From Felis catus (Eukaryota), in contig NC_058368.1 in the NCBI RefSeq assembly GCF_018350175.1, positions 229,092,001 through 229,156,000 of the forward strand: a DNA stretch of 64,000 nucleotides, given 5' to 3'. Shown piece by piece: positions 24,700 through 37,160 of this stretch (the stretch's first letter is position 1; the number at the start of each line of letters is the position of its first letter). A model generated the notes under the pieces. That model had not been told where the DNA came from. It saw nothing but the letters and a program-made list of their open reading frames with translations, and ran no database searches. The position numbers and the translations under genes were made by a program.

Positions 24700-26160
24700 A
24701 TGTAGTGTGCTATTTAATCTGGGTGTTTTAAAGATTTGGTCTTTATTTTTGAGCAGCATAACTATGTTGGTTTAATCTGACTTTATTCTTGTTAGGGTTT
24801 GCTTGTCTTCATAAATCTGTAAATTCTTGTCTTGGACCATATTTGTGAAATTATCAACCATTATCTCTTCAAATACTTAGTTTTCTGCCACATTCCCTTT
24901 CTCACCTCTATGGAATCCTTGTTACAATCTCTTTAGACCTTTGGATATTGTCCAAAAATTCCATGAGAGGCTGTTCTCTTATATTTTCTTTATTTCAACA
25001 TTTTATATCTTTTTTGGATCATATAATTTCCATTAATCTGTCTTTATGATATTGAATCTTTCCTCCCTTAAACTTCTTATGGGTTGAATTGTGTACACTC
25101 CAAATCCCTTATGTTTAAATCCTAATTCTTAGCACATCAGAATGTGACCTTAATCAGGAATAGGGTCTTTCAAATATAATTAGTTAAGTTAAAATGACAT
25201 CATTAGGGTGGGCCCCAATCCAATATGACTTTTGTCCTACTAAAAAGGGGAATTTTGTACACAGACTCATATTGGGAAGATGAACATATAAGGAGGGGTA
25301 GTACTTCCACAAACCAAGGAATGCCAAAGATAGCCAGCAACTATCAGAAGCTAGGGATAGAGGAGAACGGTTTCATATTCAGAGCCTTTAGAAGAACCAA
25401 CCCTTATGATACCTTGATCTTAAATGTCTTGCCTCCAGAACTGCAAGACAATAAATTTTTTCATATTTATTTCTCCAGTTTATTACTTTGATATAAAGAA
25501 CCCTAGCAAACAAACGTAATCTCCATTGTACTATTGAGCTCAATCAGTAACTTTCTTCAGATATGTTTCCACTTCTAGAATTTTCTTTTCATTTGCATTT
25601 ATATGTTTTGTCTTCCTTGCTGATATTTTCCTACCTTTACATTCATGGTAAACATACTTTCCTTTAAAATATTAAGCCCAGTTAAACATACCTTTGTAAA
25701 AAACCTAACCTGATAATTCCAACATCTGGATTATTGGGTTGTCAATATCTGATGTCTTTTTTCTTGAGAATAAGATGCGTTTTCCTATTTCTTCTAGGTC
25801 CAGCAATTTAAAATTATATCTTCATTAAGGTCTGAATAGATGACTCCCATCTCCAACTCTGTTGTGTGCTACCTACCTACCCCCACCTTGGTGAGATTTG
25901 TGATTTTTCCTACCACTCTCTTCTGTCTTTGTAAACCAGTCTGATAGTGAATATTCTATGAGAATTTTCGCTGCTGCAAGTGAAGCAAACTGCAGTGTGC
26001 CTCCAGGCTAAAAGCTGCTAAACACAAGATATTCACCTTCTGTCATTCTGTTCTTGCAAATTTCTACTTCCTTTTAGAATCTGCCTGCTTTTATCCACAT
26101 TACAGTAAGTTCAGGTTGTTATTTTTTCCTCCAGAGTGTATAGTTGTTATCTTTTTTTAC
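24700..26160 (-). mobile_element. Ancient L1 5'/ORF1 region fragments, interrupted by an MLT1 LTR
   Basis: 'atttgtgaaattatcaaccattatctcttcaaatac', 'ttagacctttggatattgtcc', 'tgataattccaacatctgg' resemble antisense old L1. Confidence 0.55.
25075..25518 (+). mobile_element. MaLR solo LTR (MLT1B/C-like), near full length
   Basis: 'tatgggttgaattgtgt...tagggtgggccccaatccaatatgact...gcctccagaactgcaagacaataaattt...ccctagcaaac'. Confidence 0.88.
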
Positions 26161-26350
26161 AGACTTTTCCTCTCAATATTTTCAAAAGATTCAATATTCT
26201 ATACTTCATTCTATATACATATATGTATGGTCACTGGATTTTGGGGGGGAAAGAATTACATTAATTTACGGATAATCACAAAACTAAAAGCATTCCTTAT
26301 TTGTTTTAGATTTTTAAAAAATCTGCATTACTTACTTATTTGCTTACTAG

Positions 26351-26575
26351 TTTTTTTAAATTTTTTATTCATTTTTGACAGAGAGACAGAGAGACAGAAC
26401 ATGAGCAGGGGAGGGGCAGAAGGGGGGGGGGCGGGGCGCGACACAGAATCCGAAGCAGGCTCCAGGTTTGGAGCTGTCAGCACAGAGCCTGATGCGGGGC
26501 TCGAACTCACGAACCATGAAATCATGACCTGAGCCGATGTCAGATGTTTAACGGACTGAGCAATCCAAACATCCC
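26351..26575 (-). mobile_element. CanSINE
   Basis: TSD ttatttgcttactag / ttatttgcttagtag. Confidence 0.95.
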
Positions 26576-28982
26576 TTTATTTGCTTAGTAGAAGAATGTG
26601 TTTTTAATTTTCTAGGTCTTTACCCATAAAATGTCACCTTTGTCTTATTACACTTTTGAATAGCTTTAGGACATATGCCTCATGGTGCACGATGATTTTA
26701 AGCACATAATTCTTTCCTTATAAATTCTATGAACATATAGTAATTACTCCATCACCTCTATTTACCTTATTTCACATTCTATCCTTCAAGTCTCCAATTC
26801 TAGTTCTTCAATTTCTTTGTAAAATTCATTCTGAGTAAATTCCTTCTTGCTGAGATATTGCTTGCCAAGTGCTAGACTAAATCATATTTAATGTGTTTGG
26901 ACTGAGGTTTAGAGTGATGGGTCCAGAGCTGAAGGACAAGAATGAGAAGACTACGAAGATACTAGAGGCCTTGCTATTGTCAAACTAAGGTTGTTTTCCC
27001 TCTAGTGAGTCATTGAATCTAAAGACCGTTGTTGAGTTCCTGGAAGAATGTTTTGCTCTGTATTTGCCTCAAGTATTTGTCAATGGGCTACAGGTTACAA
27101 AGAAATTTAATTTTACCTACCATTTCCTTCTTATCTTTGTTCCCCAAATCACTATGGAGGGGAGGGTGATGCTAGGCTCCAGGAAACTGAGTCTGTAGGT
27201 TTCTAGAGGTTAGGCTATTGATAAGATTACCTTTTTTTCTTGTAATTTACTAAGACCTTTGTAAACTGATGGAGACTCTGTCCTGCAGTGATCTCTTATC
27301 AGTGAACCCTTTGTTTTCTCCTTCTGTTAGCTTTAGGGCAGGCAGGAGTGTCTGAGGAGTGTCACATTTATCCTACAGGGATGGGGGTGGGGAGGAGCAG
27401 GAGGGGGTGGTGGAGGGAGTTTGCAGGGTATCAGTTTGCCTTCTGCTCCCTCCTTATGCTGCAGACTTTGCTCAAAAGAAGGAATTGAATGGGGCTGGGG
27501 AATATTGGCTCAAACAACTCAATCAGTGAAAACCGGACTGGAATAAATACTTCATTTTTTTAAATGCAATTTATCTCTGTCATAAAAGTGTAGAAGGTGT
27601 TGTGATGGTGTTTCATTTACAAAATGCAAGGCAGTACTATCCAGATAATTAAGTCATTGTTTGTAAGGTCACTAACAGAGAAAAAAGACAAACAAACAAA
27701 CAAGTAAATATGCATATGTGGTGTCATTTTTTTTTTTAAGGAGGGATAAGGCCAAGATGCCATTAATATTATCCATAGTAAAATGCTTGTTACTATCTGA
27801 TAACTAAAAGATTCAATCTCTAAATAATGCAACATGGACAGTTGCACAACAAATCAATCAGATTTACGTTCTGTGAGCTTACAGATATTTAAATAAATGT
27901 AAATATATGGTGTTTATCTTAAAATGTGCTTACTAAAAGAAGAAAGGGTACAATTTGACTATAAAAACCAAATGTCTTCCATTGATAATTAGTTTCTTTT
28001 GGATTCTGAGAAGAAAAAAAAATCATATTGATTTAAGAAAACTCCTTAACCCTTTTAAAAGCCTATAGCCAAAAACTCAATTTTTTTTAGCAATAATGAT
28101 TTTCTAACTTGTGGTACATTAGGCTAGATCATCACGTTCTTCAATACAATGGAATTCAGATTCATTTATGGTAATAAGTATTAAAACTAACTAAATCATC
28201 ACATTCAGAATAGTATCAGCTGTATTGACTGGATTGATGTAATCTACAGAAAAATTTGCTTTCTGTACATTCGTTGTTACATAGACATAGGTTTGGATTT
28301 TCATATCAATATTGCTTACTTACCCCCACTCCAAATAAGCCAAATATACCTCTCTTTACCCTTTCATTTCAAATTCAAGTTTTATATACTTGATACTTAA
28401 TCTATATTTATAATGAATGAATGCCACCCTTTAATATGATTATATATTTTATCTAGCCTATTTTTACTTGTAAATAAATTTTCCAATTATTGAAATTTAT
28501 CAGATTATTTCTAAGTGGTTGAATGAGTCACTTCTCAATTATTTGATTTCACTGTCAAATTGGTCTTCATATAGGCTGTGTGCATTTTCCTTGCCAAAAA
28601 CAGGTAGTGTGTGACCACTTAGGTCCTAAAAAATTGGCCAACACAAAATTTGAGCAAACTTTTATAAACCTTGCCAATGGAATTTTTGTAATCTATCACA
28701 TGTATGTTATTATAGTAACATACAGTACATAATATAATATTAAAAACTTACTTTTAATATGAAATTTACATAGTTATCAGATATATTTACACATTTAATA
28801 TTTTATTTATCTTATCACTATTACTTACACTTGATCACTTCTTAGAAAATTTGAAAATACAACTAATTTATAGTACTTTTTGTAATAGGTCAACTTATAA
28901 GATATCAGAAAGCTTATTGTATATAAGTTCAGCTTAAACTCACCTTTCATGAATAATTGAGATAAAAGCTAATGTAGTTCCC

Positions 28983-29463
28983 TTTTAGGGTTATCAGAAA
29001 TTACTAACCGCCCTATCTCCCTTCTGTAACTTCGCCTGTTTGCTAAATAGATAACTTAGGTTGCAAAACACTCCCCCACCCCTTCTACCAAGATCTGGCC
29101 TAGGCAAGACCAACATGCAAAAAGTCATGAACTCACTGCCCCATGGTATCTTAGGTGTCTAACTATGATTGGTCATTTTAAACCTTCTTAGGACAAAGAA
29201 CTTTAAATTGATAGGTTCCCGCCAAAACTAACGTCTGTGGGTCACAATATAATTGGCTACCATGAAATGCTGTAAATTGTAATTGGTTATCTAAATAATT
29301 ATGTATTCTGATTTGCTAAAATCCGTATAAGCTCACTGCTACCTTTGTTCAGGGCCATTCTCTGCACTTTTCTCCTTAAGATCAGGAGATCAGGCCTGGC
29401 CCAGCCGTGAATAAAATCTTGCTTCGCTTCTATTCAGCGTCTGGTGGTTTTTTTGACAGTAAC
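28983..29463 (+). mobile_element. Solo LTR of an endogenous retrovirus (ERV1-like, probably carnivore/felid lineage)
   Basis: About 480 bp, more GC-rich than the flanks; U3-R-U5 order with ATTGG boxes, TATAAG (~29326) and AATAAA (29410) followed by a T/G-rich end. Family not identified; no clean TSD. Confidence 0.7.
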
Positions 29464-29602
29464 CTGTTTCACTTTTGTATTCTTCCTATTGTGCAGTTGT
29501 GATGAATATTTTCTTGTACCTTTTGCCTTGCATGCTATTTTTTTTTCCAATTACCTTGCAAGAGCTTTTGTTACGGTTTACCAGTTAATAAGTGGTTAAA
29601 TA

Positions 29603-29817
29603 GGGGCGCCTGGGTGGCGCAGTCGGTTAAGCGTCCGACTTCAGCCAGGTCACGATCTCGCGGTCCGTGAGTTCGAGCCCCGCGTCGGGCTCTGGGCTGA
29701 TGGCTCAGAGCCTGGAGCCTGTTTTCAATTCTGTGTCTCCCTCTCTCTCTGCCCCTCCCCCGTTCATGCTCTGTCTCTCTCTGTCCCAAAAATAAATAAA
29801 CGTTGAAAAAAAAATTT
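29603..29817 (+). mobile_element. Young CanSINE (SINEC_Fc)
   Basis: CpG-intact; TSD ttaataagt[g/c]gttaaata at 29585-29602 and 29818-29835. Confidence 0.97.
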
Positions 29818-29847
29818 TTAATAAGTCGTTAAATAAAATTGAAATTT

Positions 29848-30055
29848 ATTTTAAGTTTTTATTTATTTATTTTAAGAGAGAGAGAGAGAGTGCACAGGGG
29901 AGGGGCAGAGAAAGAAGGAGAGAGAGAATCCCAAGCAGGCCCCATGTTGTCAGCACAAAGCTGGATGCAGGGCTCAATCTCACGAACCATGAGATCACGA
30001 CTTGAGCCAAAATCAAGAGTCAGACACTTAACCCACTGAGCCACCCAGGCACACC
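29848..30055 (-). mobile_element. CanSINE (older)
   Basis: TSD aataaaattgaaattta / aataaagttgaagttta. Confidence 0.95.
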
Positions 30056-30503
30056 AATAAAGTTGAAGTTTAAGTAACATGGGAGTTTATGTCTCTCTCC
30101 CAGGAAAGATGAAAGGCACTATGTTTGCATGACATCCTTCTTTACAGAGTCTTTCAGGAACTCTACTCCTTTTGGGACACAGTGTTTATATTTCTAGTCT
30201 GAGAGCCTCATACTCACTGTCTGTATTTGACACCAAGGCATGGAAGAGAGATCAAGAAAAAGAGATGTAGGGATAGCCCCTTTGTTCTAAAAGGAAAACC
30301 CTTGGAAGCTGCCAAACTATTTTTCATGCCTGTAAGTAGGTAATTCTTTAACCACCTGACCTCTGGCTTTAGAAATATAATGTGCCTACCTTCCAAAACT
30401 TAAAAAAAAAAAAAAAAAGATACCACCTCAAACATGTGAGCAGTTTGATAATTTTGATATGAACTTGTGCTTGATTCTGATATGAACTAAAATCTATCTT
30501 GGA

Positions 30504-31051
30504 TCTAGGTGTTGACTTGATCAAGCTCTCATCATGGCATATTATATTATGTTGCTAATTTTATGTTTACTGATATGGGTATTTATTATATCTATGCAGT
30601 CACTTTAAAAAATTTTTTTTAATGTTTATTTGAGAGAGAGAGAGAAAGAGAGACAGACTGTGAGTGGGGGAGGGGCAGAGAGGGAGACACAGAATCCAAT
30701 GCAGGCTCCAGGCTCTGAACTATCAGCATAGAGCCCAACTTGGGACTCAAACTCACAAACGGTGAGATCATGACCTGAGTGGAAGTCAGAAACTCAACCA
30801 ACTGAGCCATCTGGGTGTCTACATTGACACTTTTTTGAAATTTAGCTATAATTAATTTTTTGCACATCTTTGCCAATGAATATCTGATTTAACCAACTCA
30901 AAATTTGTTGGGAAGCTAATATAAACTTGTGGCATTCTCATGGAGCTGGAATGACAAAACACTGGTAGTGATGACCTGTTATGAAATGGTATGTGGTAAA
31001 TAATCTAGGCTTTCATTTGAGACATCCAAAACACAGCCTGTATTCTAGAAA
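30504..31051 (+). repeat. Left arm of a long-range inverted duplication (SINE-interrupted)
   Basis: Aligns by eye to the reverse complement of 40078-40395 once the SINE at ~30607-30820 is removed; 30504-30550 is identical (47/47) to the reverse complement of 40349-40395. Confidence 0.95.
30607..30820 (-). mobile_element. CanSINE inserted in the left inverted-repeat arm
   Basis: Antisense SINE; absent from the paralogous arm. Confidence 0.95.
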
Positions 31052-31052
31052 A

Positions 31053-31482
31053 TGTGGTCTTTCCACAACTGGCCCTAAATGGCATGATTATGCTACCTTG
31101 CTTTCATGCCCATATTTGAGCTGGTCACTGGACTTTCGAGGTTTATGCAGAATTCAGCAGTCGGTGGCCATAATGAAGGCTCTGAAGCCTTTAACGGATG
31201 TTTGACTGCTGATGGATTGCTTCTCCCCTTTGCCCACATCTGGGCAAGCTGGCAAGCTGATCAGAAGACCCCAGTGTTCCCTCCTCTGGCATAAACTAGA
31301 GATTCAAAGCACACAAGGGGCGCCTGGGTGGCTCAGTCAGTTAAGTGTCCTGACTTCAGCTCAGGTCATGGTCTCACGGTTTGTGAGTTCGATCCCCGCG
31401 TCCGGCTCTGTACTGACAGCTTGGAGCCTGGAGCCTGCTTCAGATTCCGTACCTCCTTTCTCTCTGTCCCTCCCCCACTCAT

Positions 31483-31523
<41 letters not shown>

Positions 31524-31849
31524 AATAAATACACATTAAAAAAAATTAAAAAACAAAAAGCACACAAGCCTGTACACAACCTCACGAAGCCTCACCCTGT
31601 CCCCAGCCCCTAATCACAATAAGATCCCAGAAGAGTTGCCTTTCTAAGACATTCCATCCTCACTTGACATGCCTGTCCTGCTCTCCCCAGAGTCCTCAAG
31701 TATGAGTAGTAGTAATAACCTTTTTCATATCTTTTTGGGGGTCTGTATGTATGTACAGGTGTGTGTCTAGATGTCATCTTTAGTCACAAAATCCCAACCA
31801 GATTTTGGGGGGAGGGTTTATCTGACTCTGAAGGTTGAACATTATAACA
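31053..31849 (+). mobile_element. Old ERVL-class LTR (MER54/MER73-like), interrupted by a SINE
   Basis: 'catctgggcaagctg...gatcagaagaccccagtgttccctcctctggc...ttcaaagcacacaagcc' resembles that LTR group; TG...CA termini plausible. Confidence 0.55.
31317..31556 (+). mobile_element. CanSINE
   Basis: Perfect TSD aaagcacacaa at 31306-31316 and 31557-31567. Confidence 0.96.
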
Positions 31850-32465
31850 ACCAGCCCAAATTATGCCGCACCAGCAATAGAATGTGCTTCCACATCTTCT
31901 CCCAGGGTTGGTCTTCTAGTAATCCCGCCTCCTTACAGCATTTATACCTGTGCTATTATTACAGGCCCACCATTCCTCACTTCTTTCCAGTGTTTCATTA
32001 TTTTATTTGCTCTCCATCTTATTACTAAATCTTCCATTTCCCTTTTGCCATTTCTTTCATCCATCTTTTTTTTTTTTTGACATCTCAATATTACATATAC
32101 TGTTTGTTCTGCGTTGAGAGGCAGCTTTCTCCTTAGCCAAGCAAGGTGTTCCGTACATGTTCTAGTCAGCCATGTACACTCTTATTTTTTTATTTTCTTT
32201 TTTTTTAGTGACTTACCACTAGTTTAACCTGGAATGAGTAAAAGCAGGTAATGTTTGAAATTAATAGACACCCACCAAAGGCTTACACCAGAAAGTCAAA
32301 TGCCTTCCCTTATTAACTCCACCTATATTAAGGCGACTACAACTGAGGCCTGGAGAATTCCCATTAGCACAGTCAGGATGGTGCTGATTTTCCAATAGAA
32401 TGCTGCTCAGTGGATATCCAGCTTCATTTGCATTTGTCAGCTTTGATATTAGAGAATTCTCTTAA

Positions 32466-32679
32466 CACTTATTCATTTTTAAGAGCGAGAGAGAGATTGA
32501 GAGAGAGAGAGAGGACACGAGCAGGGAAGGGGCAGAGAAAGGGAGACACAGAATCCGAAGCAGGCTCTGGACTCTGAACTGTCAGTACAGAGCTCAACGT
32601 GGAGCTTGAACGCATGAACCTCGAGATCATGACCTGATTTGAAGTCAGACGCCCAGTTGACTGAGCCAGCCAGGCACCC
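32466..32679 (-). mobile_element. CanSINE
   Basis: Perfect 17-bp TSD ttagagaattctcttaa at 32449-32465 and 32680-32696. Confidence 0.95.
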
Positions 32680-34332
32680 TTAGAGAATTCTCTTAATGCA
32701 AAGGATTTACCCTCTTAAAGTAGGATTTTTCTTTCATCACATTCCCCTCTGCCTGCTGTATATTAACCTTTCTTTCTTAGTATTTGTAAAGCAATGTTTA
32801 ACAGTGGCCAAAGATCCTACATTCTTAACCACCTGTCTACCATTATTTTAAGTCATCTTCAGAGGGACCTTCTAGTACACATCCCCTGAATCCATATAAA
32901 CACACATTCACATAGGAAAATGGAGGACTGTCGACCCAGACTATCCATTGGAAATCCCTGCTATGGTCAACTTGTACCTGAACACATAGCATAATAAAGG
33001 CACCTTCTTATCCTGGGTATAAAAACTACACTGACAGCAGACACAGTAGAAGCCTGAAGGCTACAGATCTTTCTTGTACAAGTTGCTGTTCTTGAACACA
33101 GGCCTGCTTTGCTAAGGCTCAGAATTTCTGGGAGGGTTACTTTTCCCATGTTTACATTTGCACCTGCTCCATGCAGAGACCTAACGCAGGAAATTAAAAT
33201 AAAAGTGCTTTTGGCGGGGGGAACTTCATGCTGTGATTAGAAAAGAGGGCCTGAGAAGATCTCCTTAATTTGTAGAGAAGAAGCTCCTTTCTAGCAGAAT
33301 TCCAAAAGAGACAGATAAAGACAGCACATGCCAGGTAGAAGCCCGAAAATGTAAAAATCTAGCGCAACATGTTGAGAAATCCAATCTCAACCTTGACTCA
33401 AGAACGAGTCAACAGGTACCTGGAAACCCCCTAAAAGTCCACAGTGCTCTAGAACTGGATGGAACTTAGAGACTCAGCCAACAAGCCTGAGGTCCTTTTG
33501 CAGGACAAACATACAACCACACATATTAACAAACCACTTTAGCACAGGGATGATGGTATTTTTATGACAAATCTTTTCTATGTTTTCTTCTCCCCTCTTA
33601 AATGGCTCTGGAGCATACACGTATTTGTTTACTCATCTGCTACTTGGTTGATGCCAATAACCTAGTAAATGCCAGAAAAGCATAAAAGGGAACCAATTAT
33701 TCATTACACAGTGTATGCTTTCCTCTTGTAGCATGCTCTTTGCTCTCCTTGCAAATCATACAGTAACCGTCAGGTCTCCTGACTCTACTCTGAATTGCTC
33801 CTTACTGGGAGAAGGCAAACCAGATCCTTGGTGTATTTTGCTCTGGTACATCTGTTCTTTTATGAAAAAAGACATAAGAAAAAAATAAGGAGACCTAGTA
33901 CTATTCCCCTGCAACCTTTTTTTTTTCTTTATTTACTACATGAATTATTTAGCCACACTAAAGGAGGGCGTCCTTTGAATCACACAGCTGTAAATATACC
34001 AAGAGATGGGTAATACAAACACATCCAAGAAACTGTCAGTGAGCTTAACTTATCAGCTTCTTTCTCAAAGCCTGTTGAACGTATGCCGTATCAAAGTCCA
34101 CATGAGGTATGAACTATACACGAGAGAAGCTCCATCATTACCGGAAGCTTTAATCAGATATAGAGAAATCCATTTCAAAGAAGGGTAGTGTAGTAAAAAC
34201 TCTAATGTTGAGGCATAAGTGGCAGAATAATTGAAACTCTGTTAAAATAAAATATTTTTAATAAAACAGTTCATGAACTAGTAGATACAACTGCAGGTAG
34301 GACTCTTCTAACTAGAAATAAATTTAGCCTGC

Positions 34333-34524
34333 TTTTTTTTAAGTTTATTTATTATTTATGAGAGACAGAGACATCATGAGTGGGGAAGGGGCCCAGAGAG
34401 AGGGAGACACAGAATCCGAAGGAGGCTCCAGGCTCTGAGCTGTCAGGGCTTGAACTCACAAACCATGAGATCATGACCTGAGCCGAAGTTGGACGCCCAA
34501 AGAAGTGAGCCACCCAGGTGCCCC
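34333..34524 (-). mobile_element. CanSINE with internal deletion
   Basis: TSD aaatttagcctgcttt / aaatttagtcagcttt. Confidence 0.94.
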
Positions 34525-34826
34525 AAATTTAGTCAGCTTTAAAAAACAAACTGAGAGGAAAGAGAGGAAATTTAATCCATCTTGAAACAACTTGTAATAT
34601 GAAATCTGTTTTTATGATTTTTCATAAATGTGGCCAAAATTGCCTTTGTTAATGGTTACAGAGAAGAAAAAAAAAGTTTCTTGATTTTGTAATAAATGTA
34701 TAGACATTTTATGAAACTGTTGCAGAGAACTATTTCCTATCTAAGACTTTTGGCATTTTTTATATGTACCAGTCAACATTTCATCACATATAAAATATTA
34801 AGATAAACTCCAATAAAAGTTGCAGA

Positions 34827-34945
34827 GGGACTCCTGGGTGACTCAGTCGGTTAAGCTTCGGACTTGAGCTCAGGTCATGATCTCGCTGTCTGTGAGTCCG
34901 TTGGACTCTGTGCTGACAGCTCAGAGCCTGGAGCCTGCTTTTAGT

Positions 34946-34980
<35 letters not shown>

Positions 34981-35044
34981 GCCCCTCCCCTGCTCATGCT
35001 CTGTGTCTCTCTCAAAAATAAATAAACATTTAAATTTTTTTTTT
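34827..35044 (+). mobile_element. CanSINE with (TCTG)n expansion
   Basis: Head gggactcctgggtgactcagtcgg; flanks aagttgcaga / aaattgcaga. Confidence 0.94.
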
Positions 35045-35548
35045 AAATTGCAGAAATATATTGCATTGGTATTGACTTTCAGTATACTAATTAATGAGGA
35101 ATAAACACTTATACTATTGTACAAAATACAAAAACTCACAACCTTAATATTAAATAAGCGTCATTAAGGTATTTCAATAACAAATACAATACCTGCCTGA
35201 ATTTATTTTCATGGTAGTGTTACTTCCTTATATAATAAGTAGAATAATAAGAATTTTTGTGAAAAGGTTGGTCCCCTCTTCAGACTGCATGAGTTGGCTT
35301 ATTGATGATTTCTGAAACTTTTCCCAGTACCATTTTAATATGCCAAAAGCACACGTATATGATGGCAGTAAGTCTTCAGCGGCAAAATTTTAATCCCAGG
35401 CAAATCTAACACCTTAAACACTGCACTGTGGAGCTTTTATGGTAGTGATCCTTAGAAAGAACCTAACTGCCCAAAAGTAGTATTTTTAATAAAACTATTA
35501 CATACCCATAAAATGAAAGATTAGGATCCTATTAAAATAGTAATGCAT

Positions 35549-35755
35549 GGGGCGCCGGGGTGGCTTAGTCGGTTGAGTGACCGACTTCGGCTCAGGTCAT
35601 GATCTCACAGTCGGTGAGTTCGAGCCCCACGTCGGGCTCTGTGCTGACAGCTCAGAGCCTGGAGCCTGCTTTGGATTCTGTGTCTCCCTCTCTCTGCCCC
35701 TCCCCCTTTCATGCTCTGTCTCTCTTTGTCTCAAAAATAAATAAACATTAAAAAA
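35549..35755 (+). mobile_element. CanSINE (SINEC_Fc)
   Basis: Perfect 18-bp TSD attaaaatagtaatgcat. Confidence 0.97.
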
Positions 35756-36707
35756 ATTAAAATAGTAATGCATACATGCATTTATTAAAATTAGAATAGG
35801 CCTGTGATAGGTTAAGTGAAAGCAGGGATTTGGGGTACAAGTTAATCTGTATGTATTTACATTAAAAATAACGGGTTGTATTTATAAACAGACTAGTCTG
35901 TTAATGAGAATTAGGATTACATCCGTCTTATTCACTACTTTCTTCCTAGCACTTCTGCTGATGTGTGTCTGAGTTGTGTGTCCTAATGAAGTCCATATTT
36001 CCATCTCATCATAGTCATTTCCATCTGGACTCTTGGTTCTCCTACTTCAGATCAAGGTATTTATCCTAGTTTGCTATGTCTACCTTAACAAAATACCATG
36101 GACTATCTCTCATCTATCTGTTTATCTATGTCTCCATGCCTTTCCAAAAGTGGGATAACACATGGACATTCAGTTAAGCTTGAGGGAGAGCCCACAAACT
36201 GCAGCTGGGAATTTATATTATAATATCATAAAGAATATTATCAGTTTCTATGTCCATTTCTATTTGGCATAGAGATGACAATGCCATAATAAAAGAGTTA
36301 CATTTCACCTCAAAAATCCAATCAATCTCAGCCCGCACACTCACTAGCCCAACTTCTATCTGCACTGGAGCCTGTGTGTTTCTCTCTAGGATCATGCGTC
36401 TCTGAGCTCATTTGATTGCCATTGCAATATTGCTATCACTGTGAGTCATACAGTGGTGTGAGAAAGTACTTCACTTAGTTTTCTTTTTAAATGTTCTAGT
36501 GTCCTTTTGTCATGTGACTGACTTCTGTGATGCCCAGAATACATTTTTCATTTAACTGTTGATGTTGTGGTCTGTATTGAAGTAGACTTCAGATTCATTC
36601 ACAGATGCCATTTCATTCAAAGCAAGCTTGTTCAAATGCTGAGTCCACAAATGGAAATCTAAGCATCTTCATGACATATGCAGTTTACATGAAAGTATCT
36701 CATGCAA

Positions 36708-36819
36708 GGGGTCCTGGTTGGCTCAGTCACAAGACCATGCAACTCTTGATCTTGGGTCGTGAGTTTGAGCTCTCTGTTGGGGGTAGAGACTACTTAAATA
36801 AAGAAAAAAAAACTTTCAA
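36708..36819 (+). mobile_element. Short ancestral-type CanSINE (SINEC_old-like, lacks the CT-rich body)
   Basis: tRNA-derived head, then 'gggggtagagactacttaaataaa' and an A-tail; TSD aaagtatctcatgca / aaaatatctcatgca. Confidence 0.85.
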
Positions 36820-36889
36820 AAAATATCTCATGCACGTCTCTGCTGCATTGAGATCTCATGTACTCCATTGTCAAAGTAACTTGTAGACT

Positions 36890-37160
36890 TTCAGATTGAG
36901 TCATTGTATAATGCATTTAGGAATCTATGTTAGATTATAATATAACAACCACCGTTCTACGCTGCTTCTTTGGGTTTGACTCTTGTATGTACCTCACAAA
37001 AGTGGCATCAGATAGTATGCGTCCATCAATGACTGGTTTATTTCTGTTAGTGTAGTATCTTCAACATTTATCCTGATAAAGATAAATGGTTTATCCTCAA
37101 GTTTATTCATAAAAGAAGGCAAGATTTCCTTCTTTTTTAAGACTAATATTTCATTCAGAT
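36890..37160 (-). mobile_element. L1 3' end fragment
   Basis: 'acaaccaccgttctacgctgcttct...acctcacaaaagtggcatcagatagtatg...ggcaagatttccttctttttaagactaata'. Confidence 0.7.
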
